Origin: Zygnema circumcarinatum SAG 698-1b
Lineage: Eukaryota; Plantae; Zygnematophyceae
DNA length: 64,000 nucleotides
Assembly (NCBI GenBank): GCA_037447605.1
Contig: CM074815.1
Coordinates: 620,001-684,000, forward strand
Direction of reading: 5' to 3'
Shown here: positions 1-12,282 of the stretch, one piece after another
Position numbering within the stretch: the stretch's first letter is position 1
Layout: each line of letters opens with the position of its first letter
Notes under the pieces: generated by a model
Told to the model about the DNA's origin: nothing
The model's input: only the letters and a program-made list of their open reading frames with translations
Database searches by the model: none
Program-made: the position numbers and the translations under genes

Positions 1-194
1 GCCATGCCATGCCATGCCGCCCGCCAGCCATGCTCTGCCACGCGGCCCACACCATGCCATGCCGCCCGCCGGTCATGCCACGCGCCATGCCGCCCGCCGG
101 CCATGCCATGCCGCCGCCGAGCCTCCCGCTGCGCGCTTGCGTTTCGGGTCGTTACGTCATCACGTCACGTCACGTCACGTCATATGACGACCCG
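1..194. repeat. (GCCAT)n-like pentamer array followed by a short hairpin enclosing (CACGT)n
   Basis: gccatgccatgccatg-type repeats run from 1 to ~112. CGGGTCGT (145-152) and ACGACCCG (187-194) are reverse complements and enclose about four CACGT units. Confidence 0.8.
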
Positions 195-1368
195 TCACTT
201 CGCGATGCCGCGGATGGCAATCTTGACCTTTGCGGCGGCGCCAAGCGACACGTGGCGATGAACGCGCACGCGATCCGGGCCGCTGTGCCCCCGCTCCATC
301 GGACGGCGGTGGACACGTGGCAGGTCGACGGAAGATGCTGGCGGAAGGGGGGACCCGGGGGAGGGCTCAATTAGAGGGGTGAATTCGCCGACCCGAATAA
401 ATTGCACCTGTGAAAAACCTGTTCAACACGACGGATTTCAAACATGGATCACGCTATTCCGCTGGTACAAGTGAATACAATCTACATTTGTACATTTGTA
501 CATTTGTTTGCGTGGGGACATTTGTACGATTGTCATGCACAGTAAAGCCTGCTGAACGTATGAGATGCGAAACAGTACGGTATACGTACGGTACCAATAA
601 GAGCTCGTGTGGTCAAATGTACGGTACCAATAGGAGCTCGCGACAGGAATTGCCGGGCGGCCATGAGCCTCCGTACAGAGCGGAACAGTACGGCCACAGG
701 CCAGTCTCGAGAAACCACGACCGCCCCGAAATAAGACAAAACCATACGGCTTTGTCCTCTGATTATTTGTGGTGGACGGCAGCTCCCGACTCCGTGACGC
801 GTCCGTACGCTGCCGACACGCATTAACGGCGCTTGGACGGACATGGCTTGACGGGCGGGTCGAAGGAAACGTTTTAGAGTATCGTGAAGCTCTCCGATTG
901 GCTGCAGTCGCTGTTTGCAGCTAGATGTCAGAAGCCGGGCTGCCCGAAAAAAAAGAAGCTGCTCCGAACCACCACGTTGACCAGGGCGGACTGAAATCGA
1001 TGACGCCATCCCACCGACACTTTGGACAGACCTGCCGACAGGACTCTCCTGCTTGCCGTACCCCGAATGCCGGGAACGGTAACGGAAACTGTGCGGCATA
1101 GGTCGTTTTGAATCTGCCCGAAGAAGCATCTCGAGAACCAACTATAGCTCATAGCCAATACATACCCGCCACGTCGGACACAAGTTTCATTCCTGACGGC
1201 CTGAGTCTTCGGGGCAACCGGAAAAAGCGGGCCGTGGCGACATATGGCAGGGCGGCACGTGTGAGTGTCGGTTCAGCTCGGTCGTTCGCACGTGCGAGAC
1301 GCCGAGCGCGCCAGGTGGGGCGGGCAGGAGGACGGTTCGCTACGTGGCGGCTGGAGGACGAAAGAGGG

Positions 1369-2120
1369 TGGGAGAGGGAGAGGGAGAGGGAGAGGGAGAG
1401 GGAGAGGGAGAGAGAGGGAGTGGGAGAGAGGGAGAGGGAGAGGAAGGAGAGGGAGGCGGTAGCTGAAGGAGCGAGAGGGTGGCCATGACGGAGGCGGATA
1501 GAGGTATGAAGGTGGGGGGTGAAGAGAGGGAGAAGAGTGGGAGAGAGAGGGGGAGAGGGAGGGAGAAAGGGATGTGGGAGAGATGAATGGAAGGGGAGCC
1601 AGGAGATGAGAGGTATGGGAAGGGTGGGAGATAGGAGAGGGAAGCGTTTAGAAGAGGGAGAAGAAATGGAAATTAGCGGGAGATGAGGGAGGAGAGTGGA
1701 GTGAAGCGGGAGGTTAAAGTGGGATTAGAGTCGAGGCAGAGGGGTGGAGGGGAGGCGAGAGGATGAGGGAGATTGTGGGGGAAAGGAGAGCGAGAGAAGA
1801 GAGTGCAGGTGGAGGGAGGGAGAGAGTGAGAGAGGTGGTAGAGAGGGAGAGGAGAGGGAGAGAGGGAGTGAGAGAGGGGGGTAGGAGGCGCTGAAATGGG
1901 ACGACCGTTGAGGATGAGTTCGGAGAGAGAGTGGGATGGACAGGGGAAAGGGAAGCAGAGAGAGGTTGAAGACAGAGAGAGAGCGAGGGAGAGAAGAGAG
2001 TGAGAAGGTAGAGAAGGTAGAGAAGGGGCGGGTGATGTAGCGAGTGGGAGAGAGAGTGGATAGGGAAGGACAGATAGCCTTAAAGGAGTGTGGGGAAAGG
2101 AGGAGGGAGGTAGATGGAGG
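1369..2120. repeat. Polypurine GA-rich low-complexity tract upstream of the U-box gene
   Basis: Almost entirely G/A on the + strand, including (GAGAGG)n at the 5' end. Confidence 0.85.
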
Positions 2121-2477
2121 TGGAAGCAGTGGTAGGAGTGTTGAAGGCAACACTCCGGAGTTCCGGAGGCATTTCTTTTTACTCTCTGTATCCTTTCTTA
2201 CCTTGAAGATTCTTCAAAACATTTTTCTGATAAGCTTTGGGATGTGGATGTGAGGTGGCAGCTTCGTGCGTTCAGAAGGGGGAAGACGATCCCTAACCCT
2301 TGAATCTTATCCCTCATTTCTCTCTCCCAGCCTCTCTCAAAGCTTCTGCACATCCTCTCCCACACCATCTCCCCCACCCTTTTCCTTCCCTCCCAAACCA
2401 CCCAAAACTCCTCTCCTCTCTTCTCCCCTCCTCCCTCCCCTTCCCCCCCCCCCTCTCCTCTCTCTCTCTCTCCCTCC

Positions 2478-4059
2478 ATGGAGTCCCTCGACCTCCTCAC
2501 TTCCGCCTCCTTCCTCGCCCGCGAGGCCGCACGTGTGGGCGAGGCAGCGGAGAACCACAAGGAGAGCTGCCGGCGGCTGGCGGAGGGTCTGAGGGCGCTG
2601 CCCCCCCTCCTGGACGCGGCCAAAGGGGAGGGAGAGAGGGAGAGGGAGGGAGGAGAGGGAGGGGAGGGAGGGGGGGGCGGGCGGGCGGCGGGCAGGGCGG
2701 CGCTGGAGAGGCTGCAGGGGGCGATCAGGAAGGCGAGGGACCTGCTCGGGAGGTGTGGGCAGCCCTGCAGCAAAGTGTATATGGTGAGGGAGGGAGGGAG
2801 AGGAGGGAGGGAGGGAGGGAGGGAGGNNNNNNNNNNGGGGATATGGGGAGGGAGGGGGTGGAGGGAGGGAGGGGAGTATGGGGAGGGAGGGGCGGAGGGA
2901 GAGAGGTGTATAGTGAGGGAGGTCGGATGGAGAGAGGGGAGTATGGTGAGGGAGGGGATAGGAGGGAGAGATGGGGGGAAGAGGCGAGGTGTGGGGAAGG
3001 GGGAGATAGAGAGTGAGAGACTGTGGGAGAGAATAACAGATATGGGTTAGAAAGGAAGGTGGATGGACAGAGAGGGCCTTGATCTCCACAGAGAGTGAAT
3101 GGGAGACGTGGAGAGAGAGAGGGGGACAGAGACAGGGACCGTTGAGGGAGTGAGACTTTGCGTGTGCTTGAGAGAGAAGACACAGCAAGAGCGAGAGACG
3201 GAGATAAGGGAAGGCAGGGAGAGAGGCTAGAGAGCGAGTGAGTGAAAGAATGAATGAGACCTAGAGAGAGAAGGGAGAGATAGAGAGAGGGAGAAAGAGA
3301 GAGAGAGAGAGCCAGGGAGGGAGACGTTGAGGGTGAGGGGTCATGTCTTGAGTCAAACTACAGACTTCCGATGGGTTCAGGCAATGCCTATTTCTGTAAA
3401 TCGTGTTCATTCTGAAAAATCAAAAGGAAGTTTGGGTTGTTGGGGATGCAAAAGGGAGTACCGTAAACTGAAAACAAAGTGGCAGTTCTGCTTTAGACTG
3501 AAAATGGAGCTGCAGGCTCTGAACGAATGGGAAGCTGACAGCTGTCCCTCGTGGTTTCCGCAGGCGGTCCGTGCAGTGATAGTTGTGTCTCAGTTTCAGG
3601 AAGTCACAACGGAACTGTTACGGTGCATATGTGCTCTTCCCCTTGTGTGCGTTAAAGCTTCTGACAGTATTCGTTCGCAGGTGAGGGGGGGACTCTGCCC
3701 TTTGCCAAATGTATGGGTCTAAGTTTGAAGTTTTTTTCTTTCTGAATGTTTCCTTTGGGAATGCACCCACTTTGTTTTTATTGTTTTGATTCAGTTCTGT
3801 TTGTTTCGCTTTTAATATTTTCAGATGCAGCGTGTAATGCATGATGCTGGCATGCAGGGGTTGGTTCTCTTTGTGCCCCTCCCTTCGTCTCCTTCTCCCT
3901 CTTCTTCTGCTTCTCTCATCCTCCCTCTCTCTCCCGCCACCTTCTGCCTCTTGCTCTCTCGCCCTTCTTCTCCTCTCCTCCCTTTTACTCGCCTCCCCCT
4001 CCCCCTTCTCTCCTTCCTCCTCTCTCTCCCTCTCCTCCTCTCTCTCCTCTCTCCTCTCT

Positions 4060-4097
<38 letters not shown>

Positions 4098-7003
4098 TTT
4101 TTGCCATTTCCTTTACTCCTTCCATCCTCTGCCTGTCTGCAGGTGGCCCGTCTAAGTGCAGATTTCCGTCTGCTCCGTTACTCCGTTGATTCCCGCACAA
4201 AGCGAATTGCCAGCGAACTGGAACTGCTCAACATGGAACATAGAAAGGGGGTGAAATGCAACCAAGATGTGGTTTCAAAACTAGCATCCCAATTGGGCAT
4301 TCTCTCGGACGAAGTCTTCAAAGGCGAAATTTCGACCTTAGAAAGGGCAAGAAACTCAGCTTCAGCGGAAAACAAGCTTGCAGAAGCAGACTATCTCTCA
4401 CAGATCATATCTCTCTTACTATCTCTCGAACCGGAGCTTACTTATAATGGACTACTTGCCAAAAAGGAGCTGAAAAAGAAGATTCCAAAAGAGTATTGCT
4501 GCCCTCTCTCTCTGGAGATAATGGGTGATCCGGTGATTACTTCCACAGGCCAAACCTTTGAAAGAGCTTTTATAGAAAAGTGGATGAAGCAGGGAAGCCG
4601 AATTTGTCCTATTACTAAGCAGAGATTGGAGCACACCTCTCTTATTCCGAATTCCGGACTCAAATCTTCAATCACAAACTGGTGTGTGAGTAACGGAATT
4701 TCGATCCCACAAGCTCGGAAACTTCCAGAAAATGCATACATTAAGGGTCCGGGAATTGTCCGGTTTATGCTAATTCCTCAGGCACAGTTTAGCATTGACA
4801 ATGGGGGTAAGAATCGGTACCCAAATGGAGTAAATGGGGTAGATGGGAGTAATGGAGATATGAGCAGAAAATCGAGCATGGTAAAGGGAGCTTCTCGGAG
4901 AACGGTGAGGGCTAAACAGGGGGTTCGATTTGACTCTAAATTAGACAAAATTGACTTAAGGGAGGAAGCAGAAGAGGAGATGAAAATGGTGGAAGATTCG
5001 GAATCGAATTCAGTAAAAAAGTCGGAGTCTCCATGTGTTGTGTTGGACGGAAACGGAGAAGCGAGAAACGGAAAGGAGGGGTCTCTGGGCGAGCATGGAA
5101 ACGTCAGTTTTGTGTCCAGTTTCGTTCCAGAAACTGGGTTTTCCGTTTCATCTAACGGAGGGTCGGAAAACGGAGACAAAGATGGAGGAGATTTCAGCTT
5201 TCCTGCAAGTATAAGTGGAGATAGTTCAAGTCCCGAAACTTCCGGAGAACATGAATTCAGTTTTTCGACCGGTTCTCAGTCTCCAGATTCTTCCACCTTT
5301 TCTTTTACTTCAAGTGATAACATCAACAACAATAGTGGTAATAATACTAACAATGGAAATAACAACAACGGAACCAAGGCTGATTGGTTCAACGGATTCA
5401 AACTCAGAGATCCAATTTCCAAAACGGGAGAGAAGAGCGGAGAGAGAGAGAGAGGAGAGGAGAGTGGTAGTGGTAGAAGTGGTAGTAGAGAAAGGAGAGA
5501 AGTGGAGGGATTGGCAGAGGGGGTGAGAGAAGCCATGGCTCCCCTCGGACACTCGATAAAGTCAACCGAGTCTCCCGATTCTAGTAACTCAGGAAGACGG
5601 CGTCCGTTAACTTTACCGAGGAGGGACCCTGCAGCTTTAGAATATGGAAATTTTAGCCCTTCTTCAACGGCAGCTTCATCTCCAAGAAGTCCAGGAATGC
5701 GATTCATGGGAAGTCCAAGCCCCTTTTTCTTTGAAGGGGACCAAAATTCGGTTAATTTTAAGGGTTTATCTGATCGCCAATTGGCATCTCCCAAAGGTCC
5801 ACTTGAAAGGACTTCTTCTTCTTCATCTTCGATCGATGAAGACTTTAAAAAAGCTCTATTGGAAACTCCGAGAAGATCAAGTAGTAGTGGGACTCTTCTA
5901 GAAGTTTCCACTCCCTATTCTTCCTCTCCCGCTCGTGATCGCTCTCCCTCTCCATCTCCGTCTCCTTCATCTGCTCCCTTTCGTTCCTCTCCCTCTCCCT
6001 CTCCTTCTCCTTCGTCTACCTCTCCCTCTCCTTCACCTCATCCCTCTTGTTCCTCTACCTCTCTTTTCCCTTCTTCTCCCACTCCCTCCCCTTCTTCTGT
6101 GCTTTCTCCTCCTCCCTCTCCTCCCTCTCCTCCCACTCCTCCCTCTCCTACCTCTCCGCTGGATATGGAGGATGTGAGGCAAACTGTGAATCACTTAATT
6201 TCGGGAACGAGCGGTGAGAAGAGAAATGCAGCCCTTATCGTTCGAGAAAAAACCAAGTTGTCGGAGGAATATCGGAAAGCTTTTGGGGAAAACGGAGCCA
6301 TTAAACCCTTAATAGACATGTTGGTGGGTCCGAGGGGTTCAGAGCTTGTTCAAAGTGCAGTTTTTGCCCTTCTAAACCTCTCAATTTTCGACAGAAACAA
6401 GCCAGAAATCGTGACTAACGGAGCTATACCCCTCCTAGTAAGCCTCATGAAAACTGGAAACGAGATATGCAGGGAAGGAGCAGCCGGAACGATATTCAGT
6501 TTGTCAGTTTTGGATGAAAGTAAAGTGAGTATTGGGAGCACTCCGGGAGCAATTCCCCTCCTTATCGATGTGCTGGTTATGGGTACAAAGAGGGCAAAGC
6601 AGGACAGTGTTTTGGCCCTATATAACCTCTCCCTCATGCGATGCAACAAGCTACCCATAGTTCAAGCAGGAGCAATAAAACCCCTCGTTTACATATCCCG
6701 AAAGGGGCCCTCCGTTTTTGGGGTTCACATGGTTGAAAAATCCGTTGCAACGCTGTCGAATTTGTCGACTACAACGGAGGGAAGGAACGGCATTGTGGCT
6801 GCGAAGGGGATCCCCGTTCTATGCTCCGTTGTGGAGGACGGAGGCGAGAAGGCGAAGGAGGGGGCCGCCGCGTGTCTGTTGCGGCTGTGCGTGGGGAGTT
6901 TGGCGCACAAGGCACTCATATGGAACGAGGATGTCATCGCACCACTCATGATGTTGGCGCACAGCGGAACACCAAGGGCAAAGGTCAAGGTGAGGGCTTT
7001 CTC

Positions 7004-7057
<54 letters not shown>

Positions 7058-7314
7058 GCGCTAGTTTCTGTCCCTTGCTGCCTATCGTCCCTCCCGCCCG
7101 TCCCGTTCCTCGGCCTCCGTTTCTCCTCCTCCCCATTTCTTCTATCTATTGNNNNNNNNNNCCTCCCCTTCCCCTTCCCCACCAGTTGGAGCTGACAGAG
7201 GTGGAGGTGTGTTCGCAGGCGAAGGGTCTGTTGGCGGAATTCAACGCCTTCTCCTCAGCGGAGCACGCGAAGCCCCCCCAAGAGCAGCGGGAGAGTCTGA
7301 ATTCTTTATTTTGA
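2478..7314 (+). CDS. Plant U-box/armadillo-repeat E3 ubiquitin ligase (UND + U-box + long linker + ARM), 4 exons
   Basis: Exons ~2478-2783, 3564-3680, 4143-6989 and ~7219-7314, all GT-AG. U-box IPKEYCCPLSLEIMGDPVITSTGQTFERAFIEKWMKQGSRICPIT. ARM repeats include ENGAIKPLIDML, NGAIPLLVSLMKTG, CREGAAGTIFSLS and AKQDSVLALYNLS. Confidence 0.93.
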
Positions 7315-8880
7315 GAAGCGCACCATATAAGGGAGGGCGGAGACTCACGATTGTGAGGCACTGCTGCTTCATTGGAAAACCGAATAAACCATCTCCTTTA
7401 ATTCATTTGAGAATGGAGATAGTGTTTGATGTGTTAGAGGAAGGAGGTTGGGGCATCTCCAAGAGGGTTGATGGTTTGGAGTTGAGGCTCCCACCCACCC
7501 ATTAGCCCTCTCTCTCTCGTCTCTTCCTTTTCCCTTTGTTATTTTTTCTTTTTTTGTGGTAGTTTGTGGGCTATAGGAGGAAGGTAGGCAGGCGTAGGAT
7601 TAGAGTGCTGCTTTGCTTAGGCTTTCGAGTAGCACAAAAAAATAAGTCATTAATAACGTCTGAAACGCTGGACTGGGTAAGGACGCCAGAATGGGAGAGT
7701 GGGGATGGGGGAGGGAGGAAGTGGGGGAGGGAGGGAGAAGGGATGTAGAGAGAATGGAGAGAGTGGGCAGTGTGAGAGAGTGAGGGGGGAGGTAGGTGTT
7801 AGGCTCTACATAGTTGAACAGGAAAGCCTGTAGGGAGCATAGTTTGGGAGATCGATCACATGAAGGACGCCTTCTTCATTTGAGAAATGAAGCACATGCA
7901 GTGAGTGGTGATTGGGTTGCATCCGTCTCTCCCCCTCCCACTGTCCCCTCCCTCCCTCCCTCCCTGCCTCCCCTCTCTATCTCCTACCAAAAGGCCCCGA
8001 AATTGGAAGTTCATAACGGTTTTTTTTTTCTTTTTCTTTTACTACTTGATGCTTCAGACTTAGAAAGCTTCAGTGTTGGAATTCGAATTCTTGTCTTGTT
8101 TCTCGGGAAACGAGTTGTAACAGCGAATTAACACATCCCTTATCAATCTTCTCGAGTCTGAAAACCCTACTAATCTGAAAGTGTTTTTTGCCGTGACGGA
8201 GTTTGAACGAAAGGGTTATGAACTATGACAGGCACGGTTACAAATTTCGATCTGCCAGTGCGATAGATTTTTATCCGGTTGATGTCTTTTAATATCTCTT
8301 ATGAATGAAACACGTCGAAGTCTGAAACCACCAACTGGTCATGAAATGTACTCTCCTCGTAAGCATATTATTTCATTCAAAAACAATTTCAACGAACCCC
8401 TAAAAAAGATGCACAGTCGAATTCCTCATGACATTGCCTCCATCATCACAGCACAGCTCAAGAGGATTGTGTGCAAAAATTGACTGTACCTTATTCATAA
8501 GTGAACCTGTCCGAGGCATGTGCAACTCAGGCTTCATCTCAACATCAGTATTACTCCAAGCTGCTCTTTATCTTGCTGCTATACAGCCACCATCCTTGTT
8601 TCCATCGCATTCCCAAATCTTGCAACAAGGGATATGGAGGAGAAAAAGGGTACAAGCAAAACTATGGCGTGATTAGGTTTGATTATATTGGGCCGAGCTT
8701 TTGCTGCTATAACCCATCGCCTGCTCGCAAAACTCACGGCGCTCCGCCGCTCAGGATTATCCGCTCAGCCCTCTCTTTGGGTCCCAGCCTACAGCCAGAT
8801 ACCTCCTCAACCTACGACCAATCGTTCGCTTGTTTCTTGTTTTTATTTCACGATTCTGGTCTCAACATCGAGCTCAAAAT

Positions 8881-11428
8881 TCACAGATTTTCAACTTCTG
8901 TTGAAGCCTGGTTGATTGCTGCAGCTCTCTGCGCGTGAGCTGCCACTCCTCCTCTGGCTGTGTGTCCTGAAGGGCTGCATTTGGCTTCCACGCTCTGAAC
9001 CGTTGCTGCATCTTCCATGCTGACAGGCCTATCGGCAGGCAGATCATTCAGATTCTGAAGCAAAGAACCAGCAGAAGCTTGTTGTGAGAGGCTTTCTTAC
9101 TAGTACCATATGTTTCAAGAAGGAGAGAACATTAGCAGGTGAACACAAAAAGTCTAGAAGATGTAAAACATGATTTGATTTCTGTTCAACAGTTCATAAG
9201 ATTCTGCTAAGTCCCATAAAGAAGCCAAAAGGTGGGAAACGTACTTCAAGCACATTAGAAATAGTAGCCGTTTCTCCTGGAACAAAATTGACGTTCCATC
9301 CGTCCTCCGCTTTTGTGATGACACCCGACTTCAAATTGAATCGTGCTGCAGCTTCTGCTTTGCGTGCTATGGGACCATCGATTTCATCTGTAGCTAAAGT
9401 TTCAACTGCACCAATCGCAACGGCGTCACTCGGGGTAACTGGCTCATTCCCTTTATCCTCCAAAACTTCCTGCACGAAACAGTACGAGAATGTCAAACGA
9501 GATTTAAACACCCAAAGGATTACGGCGGCGCACTTCCTGTAAGAAACAACGCAAGAAAATGAAAGCAACTTTCAGACATACTAGACAAAACATGGCAGAG
9601 AATATATTTATCAGTCTTGTAGAATCATGCAAGTAGAAAAAGCAAGGTTTTCCTCTACCCAAAAGAATGCATGCCAATCTTTATTGAGGGGGGAAAACCT
9701 ATCACTTGTATCTTCTGAAACCACACACTGTCACAATTAGCAAATCGCAATTCAAACATTAGCCACCAACTGCTGTCATGGCATATATCGAGGACTTCGA
9801 GGGAAAGACCATGCTATCGGGAAGAGCACCTGAAGAAAGTCACCATGAGTGACTTGTGGAGGTATAACCCCTGCAACCTCCAGGACTTCAACAGTATCAA
9901 CTACCTCCGTAGTTCCGTTGGTATTCACTTCATTGTATGCAGCAGCCATCTGCTCTGCTGTCCCCATTCCATGCCACTGTTCAACATAAGTTGGATTATG
10001 CTTTTTTTCCGTGTTACTGACTTTGATCGCGTCATGGAGGTCCACCGCCTTGTCTGCCAACAGCTTCTCCTTCGCATTCTGCAAAAAACAAACATGAGAA
10101 TAAGATTTAATAAACAGTTTAGCTGTAAGCCAGAGCTCGTTAAGGAAGACCTTGTACGTGAATAAAGAGGCTCTGTCGGTTTCCAAAGTCGTATACTAAC
10201 TATTAGAACACAAGTCAGTCCATTCCAACTAGATGCCATCAAATGCGCTCCAAGTGAAGAGAACATCTGCCACAACATGTGTAGCTCGAGATGTAAAAAT
10301 ATTTTTCCTTTTTCCCATCATCCATTTCAAAAAAAAGTGCTCCGCCAAAGCTAAGGACCAGTTTGTGGGCAAAAATACTAGGGCGATACCATTGCCATCA
10401 TAAACCCTTCTAAGTTCTACATGTTTTCAGCTGATAGCCAATGTAGAAGAAGTCAAAGAAAAAGCAGCACACAGCACGAAATAGCTTTACCTGCAATACA
10501 TCTCCCAGTGTCTGCAAATCCTCCCCTGGTTCGCCATCAGCAGCAGCAATTCTTCTCTCATTCTTCAGTGCTGCAGAATACGCTGCACTTCCTAAACCTC
10601 CCGCAGGTCCGCTTTCTCCCAATGCCATCGCTTCTGCACTCTGAATCGCAGCAGCCTCCGCCCTTGACACAGGAACATTTGCGCAAGTTTCTCCAACAGC
10701 CTGCAAGCCAAAAGAAGCAGCACTGGTAGAGTTCAATATGCCGATCAACTCCAATGTAAGATATTGGCAAGGAAAACCTTTCATGTGAACGACACAACGT
10801 CAGATAATTTGGTGAGAAAAGTGGCAGGAAACTATCGACAAGGCAAACTATCTTGAAACAACTCTAGTCGACAATACTGAAACCGATTTTTCTGAAAGGG
10901 GAAGAATATCCTAATCAACACCATCTAAAAAAAAAGACTGGCTTAACAGGGCATGTTCGACTCTCACCTCAAGAACGTCCCCATGAGTCACCTGCGGCTC
11001 ATCGCTGCCAAAAATAGCAGTGGACTGCAATACAAGCCTTTTCGCCTGCATTTTTTCTTCCTGCAAGACCTATTAAAAGACCTCTCAGCCTAAACCTCGC
11101 AGAAGAAGATCAAATCAAGTCTAACTTCCAAGTTTGCAGAAACGACTGCCTCTCCCTTCAGCCCTTGCAGCTGCTGTCCCTGACCGCAAACACGATTCAG
11201 TGTCAGTCTCTAGTTCCTTCTGCAGACCTTGCCAAGCACTCACCGCTGTACAACCGGCACCAAGCCATCTTGCAACAAATCCTTCTCTCCTTTTTCCCAG
11301 ACGCCATGTTGCCGCGCCACGCCATGGCTGCCGGAACGTGGCTGCGCTCGGTCCTTCCACCGCGGCAGCGGCGTGTCGGCCATGGCGGCGCGCAGCACCA
11401 AAAGCGACGCGAGGCTTCCTGCAGCCAT
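8881..11428 (-). CDS. Late embryogenesis abundant protein, SMP (D-34/RAB28) family, with several SMP repeats; 5' end unresolved
   Basis: Spliced exons give repeated SMP-like units: VTHGDVLE-AVGETCANVPVSRAEAAAIQSAEA, QTLGDVLQ-NAKEKLLADKAVDLHDA, VTHGDFLQ-EVLEDKGNEPVTPSDAVAIGAVE and NLNDLPADRPVSMEDAATVQSVEAK...GGVAAHAQRAAAIN. The start codon and first exon frame are uncertain. Confidence 0.82.
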
Positions 11429-11479
11429 GGCTGGCGCCGCTTCTGGAGGACACGTGGCAGGAATTCCAGGAGACCCAGC

Positions 11480-11662
11480 TCAGTCAGGCCAGACTAAAAG
11501 GGCATTTCATGACTCAAGTCAGGCTGGGTCAGGACAGGTTTAGTCAGATCAAGCCGAGTCATAGTCAGGTCATGAGTAAGTCATGGCCGAAGTCAAGCTG
11601 GGTCAGGACAGGCTTAGTCAGATCAACGAGAGTCATTAGTCAGGTCATTGAACTCAAGTCAC
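11480..11662. repeat. GTCA/TGAC-rich ~75-bp tandem duplication
   Basis: Units 11516-11576 and 11590-11650 are near-identical (aagtca(g/a)gctgggtcaggacagg(t/c)ttagtcagatcaa...). About 15 GTCA in 180 bp. Confidence 0.8.
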
Positions 11663-12282
11663 GACTTCGTACTTTCACACAACAAAAAAAATCGGAGGTT
11701 TAAAAACACGTGCCAAACGCAAACTTCCACACGGATAATCTACAAGAAACCAATCAGGGAGTTCCTTTGAAGTGTTAAATTCGTCGCCACGTCAGACATT
11801 ATGCGACTACTGTAGTCGCCGACTGAGCCGTGCCCCTAGTTAAAACTGCACCATACCGTACATAAAAGTACGAAATTACTGATGCCGTACTGTGCTGCAC
11901 TGTACTTGTGTACGGATAACCATTGTATGGTGTCATGAAGCCAAAGTAGCCCTCCCCCTCTGATGCCAATTGGCGATCATTTCCTCCCCTTTTTTTTCCC
12001 CTTCTTTGCGGATATTTGAGGTTTTGATTATGAGCAGGAAGCATAGGAAGCATCCACCAGTATTGTAATTTGAACCTGTTTCATGTCCCAAGCTCCTGGT
12101 TCTTGCATAGATCACATCACTTGAATCGTTTTTTCTTTGCATCTGGAGTGCAGACGAGAGCCTCCAATTTTAACTCTTAATCCGAGTCGCAAGCAGCAGC
12201 TAAAAGCTGAAGAACAAGTCATCGAATTTTAGGTTTCGCCGAATCAATTTAAGAAAATTACCATTTGGGTCTATCCTCGAGC

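Noticed and set aside
245-374. ORF segment RHVA-x18-DTWQV...CWRKGGP resembling the CRP-2 spacing
   Set aside because: There is no hydrophobic signal core, no GRALL and no Cys framework. RHV and TWQ are simply translations of the abundant CACGTGGC G-box.
2784-4142. Idea that GA tracts after donors pair with CT tracts before acceptors to bridge introns
   Set aside because: Most introns examined carry only one tract type, and both types occur next to donors as well as acceptors, so there is no consistent complementary pairing.
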